64,000 nucleotides of DNA from Octopus bimaculoides. Taxonomy: Eukaryota. The translations under genes and the position numbers were made by a program. Positions within the stretch are counted from its first letter, which is position 1, and every line of letters begins with the position of its first letter. The DNA is taken from contig NC_068982.1 of NCBI RefSeq assembly GCF_001194135.2, forward strand, positions 155,171,505 through 155,235,504, written 5' to 3'. The notes beneath the pieces are model-generated. The model saw only the letters and a list, made by a program, of their open reading frames with translations, was not told the DNA's origin and made no database searches. Positions 38,446 through 50,865 of the stretch are shown in pieces.

Positions 38446-41400
38446 GGACAGAGTTGAAGTGTGAAGATAGTGTATGTGAATTGATCAACTCTGTAGGGTT
38501 AATTATGTAATCTTGTTATGCACATTGTGAACTATTCAATTCAACAGTAAATTTTCTATCAATTCACATACACTGTCTTCGCACACCAACTCTGTCAACC
38601 AGGTTGATAAATTGATAAAAAAAAACTTACCTTCTGGTAAAGTGTAAGGAGTAGCTGTAGTGTGAAACTTACTCCTGTCCACAAAAAGATATGAGTAAGA
38701 ATCAGAATTGTGAGACGAATCTTTAGAACCTGATGGTGAGTTTGTTTGAGCCATGTTGTATTGTAGAGAGTGAGTTAAATCATAACTGTAACTGTAATTC
38801 AAATGAAATTAATATAATTAACAGTTAATTGTAGTAAATAGAGAAAATTCAGAATCATCATGATTATCGACAACTTTTTATTATCCATGTCAACAATGGG
38901 TTGGCTGTGATATTTATCATTATCACAATGTAACAGCAATATTATGTGCCACGTAAAAAGTATTGGTGATAAATGCTACATAAAAAGCACACAGTAAACT
39001 CTGTAAAGTGGTTGATGTTAGGAAGGGCATCCAGCTGTAAAAACCAAGCCAAAACAAACTATGGAACCTGATGTGAGCCCTGGCCTTGCTAGTTCCCGTC
39101 AAGCTATCCAACCCCTGAGAGCATGGAAAATGGACATTGAATGTTGATGATGGTAACAAATACAACTGTTTAAATGTCTGAAAGTGTTGTTAATAAGAGC
39201 ATATATGTCAGTGGTTTGGTGGACAAAGCCAATATTATGTATAGTTTCTACTCTGAATTTGTGAAGGCACATGGCTAAGTGGTTAAGGTGTTGTGCTCGT
39301 GATCATAAGAGCATGATTCTGATTCCCTGACCAGGTTGTGTGTTGTGTTCTTGAGTAAAACACTTCATTTTACATTGCTCCAGTCCACTCACCTGTAAAT
39401 GAGTCCCCCTGCAATGGATCAGCTTCCCATTCATAGGAAGCCATGGGAAACAAGTAACCAGTCTGATGAGTCCGCAAACTCAAGACACAACTCATACAAT
39501 TTGAATGTAACCTGGTACATATTCAAGAATAAGACACCTGACAAAGCTTGAAAATCAAACCAATTGCAATGTATTGTAGATGTAAATATTTTTGTATCTA
39601 AAGACAAGATTAATAGTTTCATCTTTAGATTCAATTAGAATTGTGATTAATTCCTACAGGTAAATTATCAATGTATCATTAACTATGAAATGGTTTTAGA
39701 ATGAAAATAACCTTACCTGAAGTAGAAATTACTAGAAAGATCTACATTCTGAAACATTTTCACATATCTACAATAAAAGAGAATTAAAACATTGAGCTAA
39801 TCACAGCAATTAATCAAATTTAAAATGCTAAACCATCATAATCTCAACATCATTTTAGTGCAAAGTAGCCCAATCCTAAGTCCACTCCTCAGGAAGGCCT
39901 AATATTCTTAGTTCCTTTCTTAATTCTGTATAAGTATTTTCCATGTTACACTGAATCTAGATGAGTGTTATTCAAGTTTGATGCAGTCAGAATTGTATAA
40001 ATAGTTTGGCAAGTTACAGCGAGATTCAACTCCTGCTGAAATGCATAAGCGAAAATCAAACACATCTGAGCTGTTTTCTGTATCCACTAATGAAAAGAAT
40101 TAGTATTGTTCATCACCAAATAATATTTCCTTAACCACTTGCCTGCAAATACATTAGCTGCACAACATTCTAAACATTAAATATATATTCACCTAACTCT
40201 CAGTTCACATATACATCAGCTGATACTCAGAATAAATTATCTTGTAGCTTAGATTCAGTAATCACTGAACAAGGAAAATCACATAACACCACATAGAGCA
40301 TAACAATCAATTCTACATATGAGAGTATTACAAGTCTTTGTCTAAAATAATTTTAGAGCAATGCTAGCAATAACCTCTTATACAGAACTTGGTTGCAGTG
40401 TAACTATTAAAACAGAATAGAACTAATGTTGGGTCTTGTTAAAAGAAACTGTTTTTTAAATGCCATAATAGGAGTTGTGAAGGAACACAGCCTAGTGATT
40501 ACGGTATAGCACTCATGATCAGAAGACTGTGGTTTTCCAGTAGTGTATTGTGTTCTTGAGCAAAACATTTCATTTCACATTACTCTTGTCCACTTGGCTA
40601 TAAATGGGTTAACCCTGCAATGGACTGGCATTCTGTTCAGGGAGAACGTTGGCCTGCCAGCCTGCCTGCAAAGCCAGCAGTGTGGGATCATGCGAAAGCT
40701 ACAATGCATGGTAGTACATTGTGACCAGCAGTATATAACATCCAATAATTTGGTCAATATAGTGATAATAAAAGTCATACAGCAATGATCATAAGTTGTA
40801 GAATAGCATTTACAGAGAAGTTTTATAATAGGAGTCATATAATAGCACTTGTATAATAGTAGCACTTGTATAATAGAAGCACTTGTATAATATCATAAAA
40901 TAACATTTATATAATAGAAGTAATATAATAGATGTATATAAGTCAAATAATAGCAACCATATAGAAAAGATAATAATAGCAGTCATATAAATGAAGTCAT
41001 AATCACAGGCAATAACAGAAGCTAAATAATGAAAATGATATCATATCAACAGCTAGATAACAAGTCATATAACAGCAGGCATACAATAACAAATCTATAA
41101 TAATAAAAGAATTGGAGAAAAAAGACCAATGCCATACCGACTTTCATCCGAATGGATATGATGAGTTCCCACATTAGGTATGTATATCATACATGTATCC
41201 TCAACTTTATAAATTGTGTGTGGACCAATTAATGCAACACGGCGCCGTTTTGTAATTAAGATCATATAATAACCTTCTAAAAAACGTACAAACCCTGCAG
41301 AAAATAGAGAATATTACACATCAGTAAGCATAAAGCACTACAGATTAATAGGTATTTTATTCAGAGAAGATGAAGTTTAGTTTATAAATAATATCTTTTA

Positions 41401-44400
41401 ACAAAAGCACAAGTTCATAAATATATATGGGGTGGAATATAGCAGATAAAATCAATACCAGTTTTGATTAGTACTAATTTTATCAACAATGGAAAGATGA
41501 CTGTTAAAGTTGACGTCAATAGAAACTTAACTCAAAGCATAAAAATTTAGTCAGCAATTTAGTCATGAGTGAAAACTTGTTGCACATAAACAGAGTGCAT
41601 TGTATACAAGTTTTTTTTTTTGGCAGTTTCTTCACAGTTTCAGCGAAGACAAAGGATCTGTGCCCTTGACTTTTTGCAAGACAAGTAAGATTGATGCAGT
41701 TGTCATTCAGTTTGAGCAGCTGCAAGTTGATTATTGTGAGGAATATGTGGCTGGAAAGTAAACAACATGTTGCAATCAAAAAGGAACCAAAAAGAAAGAG
41801 AATCAGAAGATAGCCTGAAAAGTACTATAACTTACCAGCAATACCAAAAGCTGATTCAGATTTAAACAACCCAGAACCACCTTTTAGAATACTTGATAGG
41901 GGTCTATTACCCGATTCGATCATTGCAAGTGTATTACGCACTTCATCTGCTGTGTACACTTTCTGCAGGAAAAAAAAAGACATATTATGGTCAATATAAT
42001 CCTACTACTAGCACTATCACTACCATTATTTTGAATACAATCTTTTTATTTAAATTGTAAATGAAATTATGGTAGGCTCACATAGTCTAAGAAAGACAGC
42101 TCTGCAATTTCATGCTAAACCTGACAAATGATTCGTTTACAGTGATCAAGTGTTTGTGTTGTACATTAGCTCACTATCTCCATCAAATCAGTGTTGCTCA
42201 AACAGGTGCACAATGTACCACACGTCAGGTGTTGAAGTGATCAGAGAGTAATGTGAGAAGAAGTGTTTTGCTCAAGAACTCAATACATCACCTGTTCCAG
42301 GAATTGATTTCACAATCCTGAGTGCAACACCCTAAACACTCGGCCATGCACCTCAAGTAATTCTAAATGATAGCAGTCATATAAAAAGCAAACATATAAC
42401 TTCCTCCCTGCAATCACAGAAGCCCTTTTCATAGTCTCTGAAACAGGTGGGAGAAAGCAATCTTCAAACTGGGGATCTGACTTGAATGCTCACAACAGAG
42501 TGTGCTCAATAAATAGCAGCCAACAGCCAGATGGATTTTAAACTGGGTGACGGATTAATTCTACCATCTAAAAATATCTCTCCACAGGGCTTCCTTACTG
42601 TTTTGTCTATCAAATTTGTTTCACAAGACTTTGGTTGACCAGAAGTTACAGTGGAATACACTTGTGTAAGAAACTACACAGTAGGATAAAACACAAAACT
42701 TACATAGTTGCACAGCAAAATTCTTAAACACAGCAATGCTTGCATCCATAGAACGTTTCTGTACAAGACAATTCCACTTACTTTAGTTGACATCAATGTA
42801 GAATACATGTCAGAAATTTCTAGGAATGATACTTCTTATAGACTAAAATCTTTTGCAAATGACTCAGTAGATATGGCACAAAGCTACAAGATCAGGAATC
42901 TTAAGATCATATCCACTGTGCACAGTGTATTTGGATACATTCATGAGTTCAGATTCAAATCAGAAATTAAGAACTAAATCTTCTGGATATATTTTCTACA
43001 ATAAGCTGGTATTCTATCACAGGAAAAGTAGCATATCTGCTTTATCAGAGGAAGCAAAGAAAAGCTTACTTTCCAAAGATCAAACTCACTCCCCATAGTA
43101 TACCACCATTCAATTTATAACTCTAATTTTACATTGATCTCCCTTGCTTTATTTCATAGGAATATATTTTATTTGATAAAGCTATTGATACATTAAGTAT
43201 GTTTATGAAAGATAAAAAAGTGACTAAGTTGATTGAAATTTTTTTAACCATACATGAATAATGAATGACTGTAGAAAATTTGAAAAAAAAATGGATGCAA
43301 TTTATGACCTTACCATGTCATCTTCCATAATTAGGTCACGTGGCTCATTTCTATGTATCTTGAGAATGCGAAACTTAGTCTCATCATTATTTGAACCAAC
43401 GACATATATACGCTGAAAATGAGAGAATATTACAAGATACATTACCAAAAATAGAGATGGCCTATATTCAAAGAGAAAAAAGGCAAATAATAGTGAACTA
43501 CAGATTTAAACACACTAACTGTAGATTTCCTATTCATGGAAGATTATACATTGTTTAATTACAAAAGATTCTCTAACCAATGAAGGAACCTCTATGTGGT
43601 CGTTCAAACTGCTAAAAGTAACAGCCAAATCTCCCTCAAATCATCTTAAAAAAGAAATGTTGGATAAAGGTGCCATGGATTACTTGGACATAACAAAAAG
43701 ATGGGATAGTCATGACTGAAACACCTAAGTTATAAAAATAACTAAAGATTTTCAATTCTAAAGAAATCAGTATGTCAACAACCAGTAAAGACAAACCAAT
43801 AAGGGAACTTCTACATGGGAGTTGCACCTGCAAGAAATAGCAGACAAATGTCACTCATATCCAAACCCTGCCATCTTGAAAAGGAAGGGACACAGTAGAT
43901 AATGTAGTTTGAAATATGTAATGCCCAACATAAGTACAGTGTAGTTATAGTTGGAATGCTTTAATGGTTTGTTGAATCAGCACAAACCAGGAGCTAAATA
44001 TTAGCAACAAACAGTTCTACAAATTTTATTACATGCACCTTCAGCTGAAATACTGAATATCCACCATGATTGCTCAACCTGCTCAAAATAGCAGCTAAAT
44101 CTCCCTCAAATTACTCTCTTAAAAAAAAAGAATCAGATACAATGGATAATGTAATCCAAAATACAGTATCATGAAAATAAAAGATGCAATGGTCAAGGAA
44201 CCTCTAATCTTTCAGTCTGCTCAAAATAGCAGCCACATCTCCCTCAGATCACACTCTATCAGCTTTAAAAAAAAAAAGGCACATTGGAAAATATATTCTT
44301 AGACACAGCTTGTTAGACTAAACAAGATGTAACAGATGGAACTTCTGCTGTAGGTTTTCTCAATTAGGTTAGACCTGTGACTAAACAATAATAATAAACC

Positions 44401-47011
44401 TTACAGAGACAAATTTAATATTGATTTCTAACATCGGCACAATAATTGATTAGTTGTTTATTTTATTGATTTTAAGTTAACATCAGCAAGATCTAAACTC
44501 AGAACGTGAGTACATAAGCCAGTTATACCCTAGCATTAGAGGGAACTTGTAGAAGAGGTAGACCCAGGAAGACCCGGGATGAGGTGGTGAAGCATGACCT
44601 TCGAATGTTGGGCCTCACGGAGGCGATGACAAATGACCAAGACCTTTGGAGATATGCTGTGCTCAAGAAGACCTGGCAAGCCAAATGAAACCATAACCGT
44701 GGCCTATGCCAGTGCAGCATAACCAGCCCATTTAAGGGTACCCTTCAATCATTGGGCAATAAACTGCGCTTGTTGAGTCAAGTGAAGTCATTGTCGTGGC
44801 CGATGACCATGCCGGTGGCACGTAAAAAGCGCCATTAAAGCGTGGTCGATGCCAGTACCGCCTGACTGGTTCTCGTGCCGGTGGCACATAAAAAGCACCC
44901 ACTACACTCTCGGAGTGGTTGGCGTTAGGAAGGGCATCCAGCTGTAGAAACTTTGCCAGATCAGATTGGAGCCTGGTGCAGCCTTCTGGCTTGCCAGCCC
45001 TCAGTCAAACCGTCCAACCTATGCCAGCATGGAAAGCGAACGTTAAACGACGGATGAGGATGATGATAATATTATCTTCAAATGTAGAGATCATGGCTTC
45101 AAATTTAGGGAATGGATGCAAAGTGATTGATCGATCCCAGTACTCAAACGGAACTTATTTCATCAAACTTAGAAGGATGAAAGGCAAAATCAGCTTCGAT
45201 GGGATTTGAATTCAGAACGTTAAGACACTCATGTATACAACAGTCTTTTGGAGAAGGTATACAAGAAGTGAAAGTACTTGTAATATACATATATTTATAT
45301 ATACACGTACACAAAAATACATAAACAAATGTGATTCAGCTGAAAGAAAAAGAAAGAATTTTTTACGGAATTTGCCGAACAAATGCTTTCACTTTTCATA
45401 TTTTCTCTGAAAGATTGTCATATATCACAAGACATTTTGTCCAGCACAACCGATTCTGCCAATCTATTATTCTTTAATAAATACTGATTTCTTTCATATG
45501 CACAACCTATCCATTTAGTAAGTGGATGAAGGTATAGTCGATATCATTAACTTCTCCACGCACCCAGAACTTGATATTTTATTTTATCGCCCCATGAAAG
45601 GCAAAGATAACTTAGCTAGGATTTGAAATTAGGATGTCGAGGTCGCAAGGCATTGTCCGACACTCTTTCAATTAACCCATTAAAACTATTAATAACTCCG
45701 TCAACAATGAAGTGATTCTTCTCTTTCAAGTATTCGGGAAGAAGTGTCCTATTATGTCAATGAGATGAACAAGTGAATATGCTGTTCATGGTTTATAACA
45801 TAAGGTTATTCCTAGTTTAAAGTTCACAAATAGGCATAATGAAACAGCAGTTAAATCGCATTAAATCACGCTCTACTGTGCCCATCTTTCGTTAGTCCAC
45901 TCACCACACACACACTGGCTAATATAGACCTAAAATAGCAGTCTGAAAATAAGAGGGGATCGTCGTGGTAGGCACGATTTTAAGTGAAAGTGTGTTGTAT
46001 CAGTGATTACCAGATGTTAAACAACAATGATGGGCGACATGGGAGCCTCTACATGGACTTTCGATTTACTAGAAGTAGCAGCCAAATCTCTCAAATCATA
46101 ACGTACCGTTTGAAAAAGAGGGCGGATATATTATTAGATAATGTACTCCAAGGTAGGATACATCTGAAACAAATGGGTGAAATTGTTATGACTGGAACAC
46201 CTTAGATCAAGGCTCTGCTTGATCAGCGCTAAGACAATTTGAACAAACGTAATAAAAATAGTGAAAATAAAATGATACATATAACAATAAGATTTTGATA
46301 AAATAAACTGTCCTAGTAAATTCCTAAGTATTACATTTGCATAACAATGGATATACTGCCAAATTCTACTTATGGTGTTTATATTGTTTCATCTAAGACG
46401 GATAATATCACGCACTGTCTGATAATGAATGATGAAACTTTCTGAAAACCTAAGGTGGCATATAACACCAGAACTCGATATTCTAAGAGATATAGTATAG
46501 AGTAATTAATTGCTTTTTTTTAAAATTTATTTAAATATTAGATATTAGTAATTACTCAATTTTACAACTAATTACTAAATGCAACATGTCGCTAAAACAT
46601 CTTGCTTTCCGTACATTTCAGAACACTTGGTATGCGACTAAGTACAAACCCTCCCACGGAAATCTGAAAAATTGGGAATTAAAACCGAGTAGAGGACAGA
46701 AGACATGCACTAAAGTTTAATATATTCCTAATATAATGAAATTATGAATGAAATTATAACAAACACCTGTCAAATCGTCAGCGGAACACATAGGCTTTCA
46801 TTTATCAATTAATTTACAATAGAAGAGTTATAAAGTTTTATAACAACTGGTCTGTTTTCTTGACTATTATATCTATTTACCGATTTTTTATACGATTTTA
46901 ATGGTTAAAATATTTAACTGCAAATAAAGACTCGTAGAAACTTACCGCTTTTGTCTCATATAACAGCAGCTTTTGCATAGAGGAAATAAATGGAACTTCT
47001 GTTTGTTTCAT
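13889..47011 (-). CDS. FIG4: FIG4/Sac3 polyphosphoinositide phosphatase, 923 aa, 23 exons: 46946-47011, 43314-43412, 41836-41962, 41138-41294, 39717-39767, 38631-38791, 37377-37508, 36839-36939, 35054-35216, 32526-32623, 30852-30985, 29247-29363, 26337-26472, 25806-25864, 24230-24396, 23430-23571, 21404-21462, 19950-20094, 18610-18690, 17216-17456, 15923-16002, 15460-15537, 13889-14066
   Basis: Exons translate to [128 protein letters not shown] and the C-terminal [21 protein letters not shown]. Exon lengths sum to 2772 nt, open from ATG to TAA. Confidence 0.97.
14320..15290 (+). mobile_element. Decayed RTE-type reverse transcriptase fragment
   Basis: Remnants of [30 protein letters not shown]...VRQLQEKYL and the zinc-knuckle-like [13 protein letters not shown]; many stops. 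Confidence 0.7.
16727..17090 (+). mobile_element. tRNA-headed SINE with CORE-like CCTTGGGCAAGTG segment and TGACTGAAACAAGTAAAAGATAAAG tail
   Basis: Pol III-like head GCTGTATGGTAAG..GGTTCAGTCCC; related heads at 20250, 20420, 31685 and 37990. Confidence 0.7.
17570..17910 (+). mobile_element. (GAT)n-tailed retroposon 3' end with several ~65-bp subunits
   Basis: Same core and tail; repeated GTGCCGGTGGCACGTAAAA units. Confidence 0.8.
18781..19075 (+). mobile_element. (GAT)n-tailed retroposon 3' end, young copy
   Basis: Near-identical to 8790-9062 and 32920-33210. Confidence 0.85.
20560..20795 (+). mobile_element. (GAT)n-tailed retroposon 3' end
   Basis: Same core and tail. Confidence 0.8.
20833..20890. 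repeat. (TA)n(CA)n compound microsatellite
   Basis: Seen directly. Confidence 0.9.
22157..22437 (-). mobile_element. (GAT)n-tailed retroposon 3' end, young copy abutting a gap
   Basis: Reverse complement of the core, starting CATCATCATCATCGTTTAACGTCCG. Confidence 0.85.
22447..23330. other. Assembly gap (others: 25395-25478, 29452-29923, 35805-35893, 38205-38396, 54435-54444)
   Basis: Runs of N, mostly bordered by microsatellites. The FIG4 frame closes without needing any exon from the gaps. Confidence 1.
25110..25390 (+). mobile_element. (GAT)n-tailed retroposon 3' end
   Basis: Same core and tail. Confidence 0.8.
26337..26472 (-). CDS. FIG4: FIG4 exon 13 carrying the SAC catalytic CX5RT motif
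   Basis: Translates to [31 protein letters not shown], flanked by ttcag acceptor and gtaact donor. Confidence 0.97.
26661..27045 (-). mobile_element. Second copy of the (CAA)n-tailed tRNA-derived SINE
   Basis: Colinear reverse complement of 62802-63190 over its whole length. Confidence 0.9.
28760..28991. mobile_element. Mariner-type MITE, ~27-bp TIRs, TA flanks
   Basis: TATTGGGTTGTCCAGAAAGTTTGTGCC ... GGCATGAACTTTCCAGACAACCCGATA. Confidence 0.75.
29930..30149. mobile_element. MITE of the same family as 56834-57003, opposite orientation
   Basis: Starts ACAAGGGTGTGCTGAAAAGTTTCTGGCTTT and ends TTTTACCCAAAACCAGGAACTCTTCAGTACCCACTCAT. Confidence 0.65.
32741..33279. mobile_element. pogo/Tigger-like MITE (TACAGTAGTAC termini) hosting (TA)n and a retroposon insertion
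   Basis: The left arm TACAGTAGTACTTCGGTTT..AAATAGTGCTTTA matches the reverse complement of 33225-33279; an extra left-arm copy lies at 32660-32713. Confidence 0.6.
32843..33210 (+). mobile_element. (GAT)n-tailed retroposon 3' end between two (TA)n tracts
   Basis: Near-identical to 8700-9062. Confidence 0.85.
33567..33620. repeat. (GGT)n followed by (CAG)n microsatellite
   Basis: Seen directly. Confidence 0.9.
35894..36780 (-). mobile_element. Retroposon 3' end including the RT C-terminus ([12 protein letters not shown]) and five ~65-bp UTR units
   Basis: Minus strand reads [26 protein letters not shown]..[16 protein letters not shown], then UTR and tail. This links the (GAT)n tail to an RTE-type ORF. 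Confidence 0.85.
36940..37376 (-). other. U12-type intron with AT-AG ends (FIG4 intron 7, 437 nt)
   Basis: On the minus strand the 5' end is ATATCCTTTT, the branch is TTCTCCTTAAC, followed by TTCTCTTAG. The join gives [14 protein letters not shown], colinear with FIG4. No usable GT donor in the required phase. Confidence 0.88.
40740..41100. repeat. Degenerate AT-rich minisatellite (TATAATAGCAGTCA-like, ~16-18 nt)
   Basis: Repeated TATAATAG..CACTTG / CAGTCA units. Confidence 0.65.
44525..45065 (+). mobile_element. Retroposon 3' end (end of RT, UTR, tail)
   Basis: [33 protein letters not shown], then core and GAT tail. Confidence 0.85.
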
Positions 47012-48879
47012 TGTGGACGTTTTTGTTTTGTGTGTGTGTGTGGTGGGGATTATTTAGTGAATAAATATATAGTATTTGGGTTTTATTAACACTGACACGA
47101 AAATAATGTACGATAATTAGTAAGAAGAACAAAGTTTTGGATAAGAGACATCCTGAGTGTACTATTTAACAAATATTCCCGTTAATAGGAAAAAAAAATA
47201 CAAAAATATCTCTGGTATGAAGAGACTGAAAACTATAGATTAAATGTAATGAGTAGGAAAATACTGAGGGTACAGATTTTCCTCTTTCTTGGTTCCGAAA
47301 TGAATGTACATCACAGAGAGTAGAAAATAGCGAAGATGAGAACAAAATGTCTGTAATTCGTGTTGTAAACAAACTACTGGAATAAACAAATAACTAGAGA
47401 GGAAATGTAAGGAAGACAATTCACTTAAATCGTCTGCTATCTATAAAGATAACTACCAACATGACTTATAAATCCCATTCATATTAGTTTGAAATGTTAG
47501 CACAAAACCAGCAATTTCGGGAGAAGGGTTAGGTTGATTACATCAAGTGTTCAACTGGAACCTTATTTTATCGACCCTGAAAGGATGAAAAGCAAAGTCG
47601 ACCTCAGCGAAATTCCAAATCAGAATGTAAATACAGACGAAATGCCACTAAGCTTTTTGTTCAGTATACTAACGATTCTGTCAGCTCAAGGCGTTATAAA
47701 TCCTTTTCATTTTAAGGATTACTTGACTAGTTTTTTTATCGTTTTTTTATCGAAGGAATGAAAGTCAAAGTTGATGTCTGCGGGGGTCTGAAATCAGAGC
47801 GAAAAGGATCGTACTTAAAAACTGCGAGCATTTTATCTGACGCTTTAAAGAATGTCAGCCCACCACCGTGCAGCAACTTACTAAAAATAGCAGCCAAATC
47901 TCACTCAAATTATAATTCTATCGTCCTTTAAAAATAAAGAGAGTACAAAGTGGATTTGGATAAACAAGAAGACGGCTTGGACGTTGCTGAAATGTCTTCA
48001 TTCATAGGTCTGTTCAATAAATAACAAGTGATTTGTTGTACTGGTGTATCTCGAAAAATATCTAATATTACAAAGTCGTAAGGGTGATGGATTGACAAAA
48101 TTAGTGGGATGGAGAGGAAAATACTTTATGACATTTAGTAGTCAAAAATCGGAGCTAATAAATAGAAAACTAAATTATATTAAACTATATTTTTAACATT
48201 AACTGAGTAAACATAAATCATCATCATCATTTAACGTCTGTCTTCCAAGTTGGCATGGGTTGAACGGTTTGACAGTAACTGGTGAGCCAGATGCACCAGA
48301 CTCTATTGTCTGTTTTGGCATGGTTTCTATGACTGGATACCCTTCCTAATGCCAACCACTTTACTGGGTGTACCGGGGGCTTTTATGTGACACCAGCACT
48401 GGTGCTTTTTAAGGGGAATTTCCAAATATACGTACAGTATCTCAAAAGTACAGAATCCTTTCGTTTTGGGTATATGAAATTATAATATTGCTTTCATCTA
48501 TTGGATTTTTTTCATCAGTTACAACTTCACCGAAGAATAAAGTGAGCTGTTATGAAGGTTCTTTAAAAGAGAGGGTAAGAGACAAATTTGAGAGGGAAGA
48601 GGAGAGGTGAATTGAGGAAAGTATTTTAATGCCTTTGTGGGGAAGAGGTGGAGAGTGAAGTGCTGTCACTGATGGTAGTTGTTCAACCAACAAAGAATAA
48701 AGTACAGCCAGTGCTGGATTTTCAGGAGCTGAATGTGGCATATGGTGCTAGTGAAGAGGCTGTGGATATATAAAGGAGACTAGAGGTAGATGACTGGGGC
48801 TTCTACAATAGTAGATTTGAAGTCAGCCAAGCTACAATTTCATGTGGCCAAAAAACTGTGGAAATACCAGCTGGTGAAG

Positions 48880-50400
48880 TACAAGGATAAGATATATTGC
48901 TTCACAGGTACAGATTCACTAGCCCATATCCTACCAAACAAGGAGTGAAGTTGCTGCAGAAGTTTCTCACTATCATGCTGCAACAACTCCACATGTATAC
49001 CATCTATAGCTGGAGACCTCCCATTATTCGTCCTTGAGACAACCACCGCAACTTCTTCTAGCATTGGTGGTTCTGCAAGAGCTGCCTTCACAGGTAATTC
49101 AGGGATGAGACTGAGAACATCCTCACTAACTACAGACTACTGATTCAAAAGTTCATCAAAGTGTTCTCGCCACCTTCACAAAATTTTATGTGAATCATGA
49201 AGAAGCTCTTTACCATCCCTGCTTCGAAGTGGCGTCATCAGAGAAGAAATCAGTTCATAAACTTCTCGCAAGAGACCATACAACAGCTTTGTGTTATTGG
49301 AATCCAACGCCGCCTGTATCTCACCAGCCTTCTTACTCCACTACATATCCCTCGTCTGAGAAAGCCTCCACCTCACACGTGATTTCATATCCTTGAGCTC
49401 CCTATGCAACACATCTCTCTCCTGTGGCTTTGCTGACAAATTGCATGACAAAGTACATTTTTTATCAGCCAATAAATCATCTATATGTTCATCATTTTCT
49501 TTAAACCAATCTTGATGCTTTCTTTGTATCAATCCCAGAACTTTCCTGCCTATATCATAAACTGACTTTTTAAGGGCTAGCCAATCTTCCCCAATATCTG
49601 CAACATTCATTTCCTCTCATAAAGTTCTCAGTCCAACACTGAGCCCCACGAAGAACACAAACACACTGCACATCTCATCTGTCATGCACAAGGATGTAAT
49701 CCAGAATATGCCATTCTTTAGATGCAGGGTACATCAACGTGGTCTTAAACTTATTCTTTTGTTGAAATATAGTATTGGTAACACAAAGACGCAGCTCCTC
49801 GCACATCTGCAGCAGAAGCATACCATTACTATAACACTTTCTCACCCCATGCTTTCCAATTACAGTCTATGTATTAAAATCCCTGCCCACTCTAGCATTA
49901 AAGTCACCCAATACGACGACTTTGTCTGCTTGAGGGATATTTTTTATAATGCCCTTCAAAGCATGGTAGAAAGAAACTTTTTCGTCATCAGTAGAGCACA
50001 TAGTTGGAGCATACACACTCACCAAGGTCACATAATTTCCTTTAACCAAAGGAATTCTCATGGACATAATATGCTTGTTAATCCTGACTGGGAATTCCTC
50101 CACAATAGTAGTCTTAACAGCAAATGTCACTCCAGCCTCTCCTCTAAACTCTTCATCTTTCCCTTTCCAAAAGAATGCATATTTTCCACAAGTTTCTGTA
50201 AGATGACCATCTCCAGCTAATCTCATCTCAGATAAAGCAACGATGTCAAGATCATGGCGTCGAAGCTCCTTCGCAACAAGAGCAATCCTTCATTCAGGAC
50301 ATTCTGAGGACACGCGGTTAAGCAGTGTCCATACATTCCAACAGCCAATATTCAATATTTTATTTGGTTCTATCACAGTAGCATGATGACGGCCAGGTTC
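48880..50400 (-). mobile_element. Fragmented RTE-clade LINE: APE endonuclease and linker, RT core missing
   Basis: NIGCWNV, DIVALSEMR, VSVYAPT, VLGDFNARVG, KHQDWFKEND and GRSPAIDGIHVELL, in several broken frames. Confidence 0.88.
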
Positions 50401-50582
50401 AGACTGTGATGCTCTGGAGCCCCTGTCAGGCCAGACTCTTTCATCTGATGTGGTTCCAGAGTCCTTACTGCCATTTATTTTTATACTGTTTTGGTACATC
50501 ATTGATTGTTTGCTTAAGGCTACAGCCAGCCATTCAGTTGTGACTCACAGCACTATCAATAATCATCAATTAGTTAATTGAT

Positions 50583-50865
50583 TTTCGAGCGAGATCGTTG
50601 CCAGTGCCCCTGGACTGGCTTGTGCGGGTGGCACATAAAAGACACCATTTCGAGCGTGGCCGTTTTCATGCGGGTGACACGTAAAAGCACCCACTACACT
50701 CTCTGAGTGGTTGGCGTTAGGAAGGGCATCCAGCTGTAGAAACTCTGCCAAATTAGACTGGAGCCTGGTGTTGCCATCCGGTTTCACCAGTCCTCAGTCA
50801 AATCGTCCAACCCATGCTAGCATGGAAAGCGGACGTTAAACGATGATGATGATGATGATGATGAT
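50583..50865 (+). mobile_element. (GAT)n-tailed retroposon 3' end, young copy
   Basis: Shares diagnostic GTTGCCATCCGGTTTCACC with the 22157 and 53490 copies. Confidence 0.85.

Noticed and set aside
22221-38488. Long ORFs containing X runs
   Set aside because: Artefacts of translating through N gaps and (TA)n tracts.
49684-50220. 178-aa plus-strand ORF
   Set aside because: Antisense shadow of the RTE endonuclease.
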